Source of the DNA: an uncultured Roseburia sp.
GTDB lineage: Bacteria > Bacillota > Clostridia > Lachnospirales > Lachnospiraceae
Assembly (NCBI GenBank): GCA_964393475.1
Contig: CAYMTX010000001.1
Coordinates: 1-51,507 of the forward strand
Reading direction: 5' to 3'
Length of the DNA: 51,507 bases
Below are positions 47,235-51,507 of this stretch, piece after piece; the first letter of the stretch is position 1, and each line of letters starts with the position of its first letter. Both the position numbers and the translations under genes were made by a program. A model generated the notes under the pieces. That model was not told the origin of the DNA and ran no database searches. It saw only the letters and a list, made by a program, of their open reading frames with translations.

Positions 47235-49916
47235 ATGGAGACTGTTATGGATTTTAGCAAAGTGATGAAGTTTAAATGGAGTTGGCGTGATTATCAGGCG
47301 CGCGTTTTGGAAAATGCAGAAAAATATGCAAAAGACGGAAAAGTACATATTGTAGCGGCACCGGGATCCGGCAAAACAACACTTGGAATAGAATTAATTC
47401 GAAGAATGAATGAAAATGTATTGATTCTGGCACCATCAGTTACAATCCGTGAACAGTGGGTGGCAAGGATTAAGGACGGTTTTCTTGTAGAAGGTGTGGA
47501 TGCGGATGGTATCATATCGCAGAATTTAAAAGAACCAAAGGCAATTACAGTTGCTACCTATCAGGCATTGCACAGTGCTATGGTACGTTTTAAAGGAACA
47601 TTGGATGACGTTACCGCGGGCGAAGAAAAGGATAAAACATTATCAGAGACAGAGGAAGTGGATTTTGAAGGATTTAATCTGATTCAGACAATGAAGGATA
47701 ATAAACTGGGACTTTTGTGTCTTGATGAATGTCATCATCTGCGCAGCGAATGGTGGAAGGCATTAGAACAGTTCCGAAAGGACTGTGGAGAATTGAAAGT
47801 GATTGCACTGACGGCAACACCACCATATGATTCTACTCCGGCCATGTGGAACCGCTATATGTCTATGTGTGGTGAAATTGATGAAGAGATAACGGTACCG
47901 GAATTGGTAAAAGAGGGAAGTCTATGTCCGCATCAGGATTTTGTATATTTTAACTATCCGACGGAAGAAGAAAAAGAAGAAATTGAGAAGTTTAAAACAC
48001 GCAGTAAGCAGATGTTTGATACATTGATGCAGGACGAGGAATTGTTAGAGGCGATTTCCAGTCATGCAGTTTTGACCGGTGTGATGAATGATGAGAAGCT
48101 TTATGAAGATAAAGACTACTTAAAAGCATTTTTAGTATATTTAAAGAATAAGAACGTAGAATTCCCTAAGAAGTTACAGGTAGCAGCAGGAACAATAAAA
48201 CTTCCTGAAATGAATGCTTCTCATATGGAAAAATTGCTGCAAGGATTTTTGTATGATGATGCAGAAGCTTATGCGTATACACAGGAATATTCGGAGAGGC
48301 TGGAAAAAGAATTAAAAGGTCAGGGATTAATAGAGAAGAAAAAGGTTGTATTAAATACGAGTGCAGCAGTAGAAAAAATGCTGATTAACTCCAAGGGAAA
48401 GGCGAACAGCATAAGAGATATTGTACTTCATGAGTATGAGGCGGCAGGAAAAGAACTGCGTCTGCTTGTACTTACCGATTACATACGTAAAGAGTATGAG
48501 AAAGCGGTAGGTGTTCCGGAAGCAGATATTAATGCGCTCGGTGTTCTGCCGTTTTTTGAGATGCTCCGCAGAGAAGCAGGGGATAAAGTGCGTATGGCAG
48601 TACTTTGTGGAACGATTGTTGTTATCCCGGCAGAAGCGCGTGAGGCGTTAGAAAAAGAAATAGAAGGAATCGGTAAGGTGACTTACAGCCCAATAGGTGC
48701 ATTGTCAGAGGACGATTACTTGAAAGTAAATGCGGTGGGGGATGCACATTTTTTAACAAGTGCAATTACCGGTCTGTTTTCGCAAGGTCATATGCAGGTA
48801 ATAATCGGAACGAAGTCTTTGCTTGGTGAGGGATGGGATTCACCATGTATCAATGCATTGATTTTAGCAAGCTTTGTAGGTTCTTTTATGCTCAGTAATC
48901 AAATGCGCGGACGGGCAATCCGTACATTTAAGCAGAATCCGGAAAAGAGCAGTAATATTTGGCATCTGGTCTGTTTGAAACCATGGGAAAACGCACAGGA
49001 TGAGGAAGAAATCAGCGAAGATTTTAGTCTTTTGGAACGTCGCATGGAGCATTTCTTAGGATTACATTATACGGAAAATCGGATTGAGACGGGGCTCGCA
49101 CGTTTATCCTATATAAAAGAGCCGTTTGACGAAGTAAATGTTGCCAAAATCAATGCTGATATGTTGAAACTGTCAGGAGAGCGTGCTGCTTTAAAGCAAC
49201 GTTGGAATGACTCGCTGGCAATATATAAAAAGATGGAAATTGCAGAAGAGACGGAAGTTGAGGATACGTCACTTACTGAACAGGTATTTAAAGAGGCAAA
49301 AAACAACACAATTTTATGTGGTGTCGTGGCAGCCGGACTTGGTATAGCATCCTTGGCGACCGGAGGGTTACTGGGAACATTATTTGGATTAGGTGCGGTA
49401 TATGCCGGATGCAAAGCAATTCCAAATGTGCCGAAAGCATTGACCATGGACACACCTGTAAAACGTCTGCGGGCTTGCGGTATGGGAATTAGAAAAGCGT
49501 TAATGAATCAGAACTTAATTCAGACTAAACGCACGACGGTAGCTGCAGAAACTACAAAAGAAAATATATCAACGGTATACCTTTGCGGTGGTACCGGTTA
49601 TGAGAAAAATCTATTTGCAGAGTGTGTGCAGGAATTTTTTGCGGATATCAATGACCAGAGATATATTTTGGTTAAGAAGAGAAATCGCAAGAATGAGGAT
49701 GGTTTTTACAGCGTTCCGGAATGCTTCGCAAAACGAAAAGAGGATGCGGAAAATTTTGCAAGTTGTATTGCACCATACATTGGCGAATATGAATTGGTGT
49801 ATACAAGAAATGGCAAAGGCAAAGAACTTCTTTTGGAGGGCAGAGTGAAGTCTATTGAAAAATCGGGTTCTGCAAGTGCGAAACATAAGGTGGTAAGAGA
49901 AGCGCATAATTCCTAA
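47235..49916 (+). CDS. SF2 (ResIII/DExH-like) helicase with a C-terminal hydrophobic segment
   Basis: APGSGKT, LDECHH, LTATP, GEGWD, QMRGRAIR. Confidence 0.88.
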   Translation: METVMDFSKVMKFKWSWRDYQARVLENAEKYAKDGKVHIVAAPGSGKTTLGIELIRRMNENVLILAPSVTIREQWVARIKDGFLVEGVDADGIISQNLKEPKAITVATYQALHSAMVRFKGTLDDVTAGEEKDKTLSETEEVDFEGFNLIQTMKDNKLGLLCLDECHHLRSEWWKALEQFRKDCGELKVIALTATPPYDSTPAMWNRYMSMCGEIDEEITVPELVKEGSLCPHQDFVYFNYPTEEEKEEIEKFKTRSKQMFDTLMQDEELLEAISSHAVLTGVMNDEKLYEDKDYLKAFLVYLKNKNVEFPKKLQVAAGTIKLPEMNASHMEKLLQGFLYDDAEAYAYTQEYSERLEKELKGQGLIEKKKVVLNTSAAVEKMLINSKGKANSIRDIVLHEYEAAGKELRLLVLTDYIRKEYEKAVGVPEADINALGVLPFFEMLRREAGDKVRMAVLCGTIVVIPAEAREALEKEIEGIGKVTYSPIGALSEDDYLKVNAVGDAHFLTSAITGLFSQGHMQVIIGTKSLLGEGWDSPCINALILASFVGSFMLSNQMRGRAIRTFKQNPEKSSNIWHLVCLKPWENAQDEEEISEDFSLLERRMEHFLGLHYTENRIETGLARLSYIKEPFDEVNVAKINADMLKLSGERAALKQRWNDSLAIYKKMEIAEETEVEDTSLTEQVFKEAKNNTILCGVVAAGLGIASLATGGLLGTLFGLGAVYAGCKAIPNVPKALTMDTPVKRLRACGMGIRKALMNQNLIQTKRTTVAAETTKENISTVYLCGGTGYEKNLFAECVQEFFADINDQRYILVKKRNRKNEDGFYSVPECFAKRKEDAENFASCIAPYIGEYELVYTRNGKGKELLLEGRVKSIEKSGSASAKHKVVREAHNS

Positions 49917-50117
49917 AGATTTTAAAATGTATAAGTGACACTTATGGAAGGTTTACATAAAATAATAAGAAGGCAAACAAATGCCGAAAAATCGCATATT
50001 TTGTGAAAAATGAATTGACGGAAAATTCATTTATGTTAAGATAACTAAAGAATAAAATAGTTATGCTAGGTCGTGACATGGCGGTTTTGAGGGGACTGCC
50101 GGGGAATGGAGGTTCAT

Positions 50118-51437
50118 GTGATTAAGGTAGTGAAATTTGGTGGAAGTTCTTTGGCGAGTGCAGAGCAGTTTGCAAAAGTAGGAAATATCATCCGAGCAGA
50201 TAAAGAAAGAAAGTTTGTTGTTCCGAGTGCACCGGGAAAACGCAATAGCAAAGACACCAAGGTGACAGATATGCTATATGCCTGCTATGCATTAGCAGAG
50301 GCAGATGAAGACTTTAAAGTGCAATTGAATAAAATCAAAGACCGTTATGATTCTATTATCAATGGTCTGAATTTAAAAATGTCGTTAGAAGACGAATTTA
50401 AGAAAATTGCAGAAAACTTTAAAGCAAAGGTTGGCGTAGATTATGCCGCTTCGCGAGGAGAGTATTTAAATGGTCTTATCATGGCTAATTACCTTGGTTT
50501 TGAATTTGTAGATCCTGCAGAAACGATTTTCTTTGATGAGAATGGCGAGTTTATGCCGGAAAAGACGAATGATGTATTAGGTAAACGTTTGGAAAGTGTG
50601 GAATGTGCAGTTATTCCGGGATTTTATGGTGTGGGCGCAGATGGCAGAATTAAGACTTTTTCAAGAGGCGGTTCTGATATTACAGGTTCCATCGTAGCGA
50701 AAGCTGTAAAAGCGTCATGTTACGAGAACTGGACGGACGTTTCGGGATTCTTGGTGGCAGACCCGAGAATTGTAGAGAATCCAAGACCAATTAAGACAAT
50801 TACTTATAGAGAACTGCGGGAGCTTTCTTATATGGGGGCAAGCGTACTTCATGAAGAAGCGGTGTTCCCGGTTCGTAGAGCGGGTATTCCGATTAACATA
50901 CGTAATACGAATGCACCGGAGGATGCAGGTACATGGATTGTGGAGAGCACTTGTCATCAACCGGAATTTACAATCACAGGTATTGCAGGTAAAAAAGGGT
51001 TTGTTTCCGTAAATATTGAAAAGGACCGCATGAATTCAGAGGTAGGTTTTGGAAGAAAAGTATTAGCTGCTTTTGAAGATTACGGTATCAGCTTCGAGCA
51101 TGTGCCGTCAGGTATCGATACTATGACTGTTTTTGTGCATCAACCGGAATTTGAGGGTAAGGAACAGGCGGTTATTTCGGCACTTCATCGTTATGCACAG
51201 CCGGATAGTGTAGAATTGGAAGCTGACCTGGCGTTAATTGCAGTTGTGGGACGCGGTATGAAGTCAAACCGAGGTACGGCAGGCAGATTGTTTGCAGCTT
51301 TGGCACACGCAAATGTTAACGTTAAGATGATTGATCAGGGGTCTTCTGAGTTGAATATTATCATTGGCGTTCGCAATGAAGACTTTGAAAAGGCAATCAA
51401 AGCGATTTATGATATTTTTGTAATGACGCGTTTATAA
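50118..51437 (+). CDS. lysC: aspartate kinase
   Basis: KFGGSSLA, FSRGGSDITG, WTDV, ACT domains; GGAGG RBS before GTG 50118. Confidence 0.92.
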   Translation: MIKVVKFGGSSLASAEQFAKVGNIIRADKERKFVVPSAPGKRNSKDTKVTDMLYACYALAEADEDFKVQLNKIKDRYDSIINGLNLKMSLEDEFKKIAENFKAKVGVDYAASRGEYLNGLIMANYLGFEFVDPAETIFFDENGEFMPEKTNDVLGKRLESVECAVIPGFYGVGADGRIKTFSRGGSDITGSIVAKAVKASCYENWTDVSGFLVADPRIVENPRPIKTITYRELRELSYMGASVLHEEAVFPVRRAGIPINIRNTNAPEDAGTWIVESTCHQPEFTITGIAGKKGFVSVNIEKDRMNSEVGFGRKVLAAFEDYGISFEHVPSGIDTMTVFVHQPEFEGKEQAVISALHRYAQPDSVELEADLALIAVVGRGMKSNRGTAGRLFAALAHANVNVKMIDQGSSELNIIIGVRNEDFEKAIKAIYDIFVMTRL

Positions 51438-51507
51438 GAATTATGAAAAAATAAAACTTGAATGTAAAAAGTAAAAAAGGTTTTTTAGAAGGCAGAGCTG
51501 CAGTAAC

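Noticed and set aside
49917-50117. Possible lysine riboswitch upstream of lysC
   Set aside because: A likely promoter near 50015-50040 leaves too short a leader, and I see no conserved L-box elements.
1-51507. CRISPR arrays, tRNA/rRNA genes, transposases, reverse transcriptases
   Set aside because: No repeat-spacer periodicity, RNA-gene signature or relevant protein motifs were found by eye.

Overview
The window looks like Firmicute chromosome, with Lachnospiraceae-like gene content and promoters (inference). About 1-3400 is an AT-rich accessory-island end: a NUMOD1-ending gene, hypotheticals, a frameshifted gene and an AlbA/ATP-binding/HTH protein whose HTH domain is flanked by a repeated palindromic site. 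The rest is mostly housekeeping and nutritional genes: a two-component system with an ABC exporter, a DD-carboxypeptidase, a GGDEF protein, TldD/PmbA, truA, a LexA-box Y-polymerase operon, a GH78/GH43/esterase cluster, metNIQ, a helicase and aspartokinase. The best candidate for an undescribed system is a pair of operons sharing one palindromic operator, TGAAC-N2-GTTCA. The first is TetR, a flavin-reductase/PCP_red fusion, DUF1295, a membrane protein and a ferredoxin-dependent bilin reductase (FDBR)-like protein. The second is a PNPOx-like protein, an SDR of the family containing 8-vinyl reductases, and a DUF1295 pseudogene. Together they suggest tetrapyrrole (bilin or chlorophyll-catabolite) reduction in a probable gut anaerobe. 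Also notable are a ~404-bp imperfect palindrome, a perfect 43-bp inverted repeat, an exact 173-bp tandem duplication and several internally deleted gene remnants. All family assignments come from motifs recognised by eye; no database searches were run.
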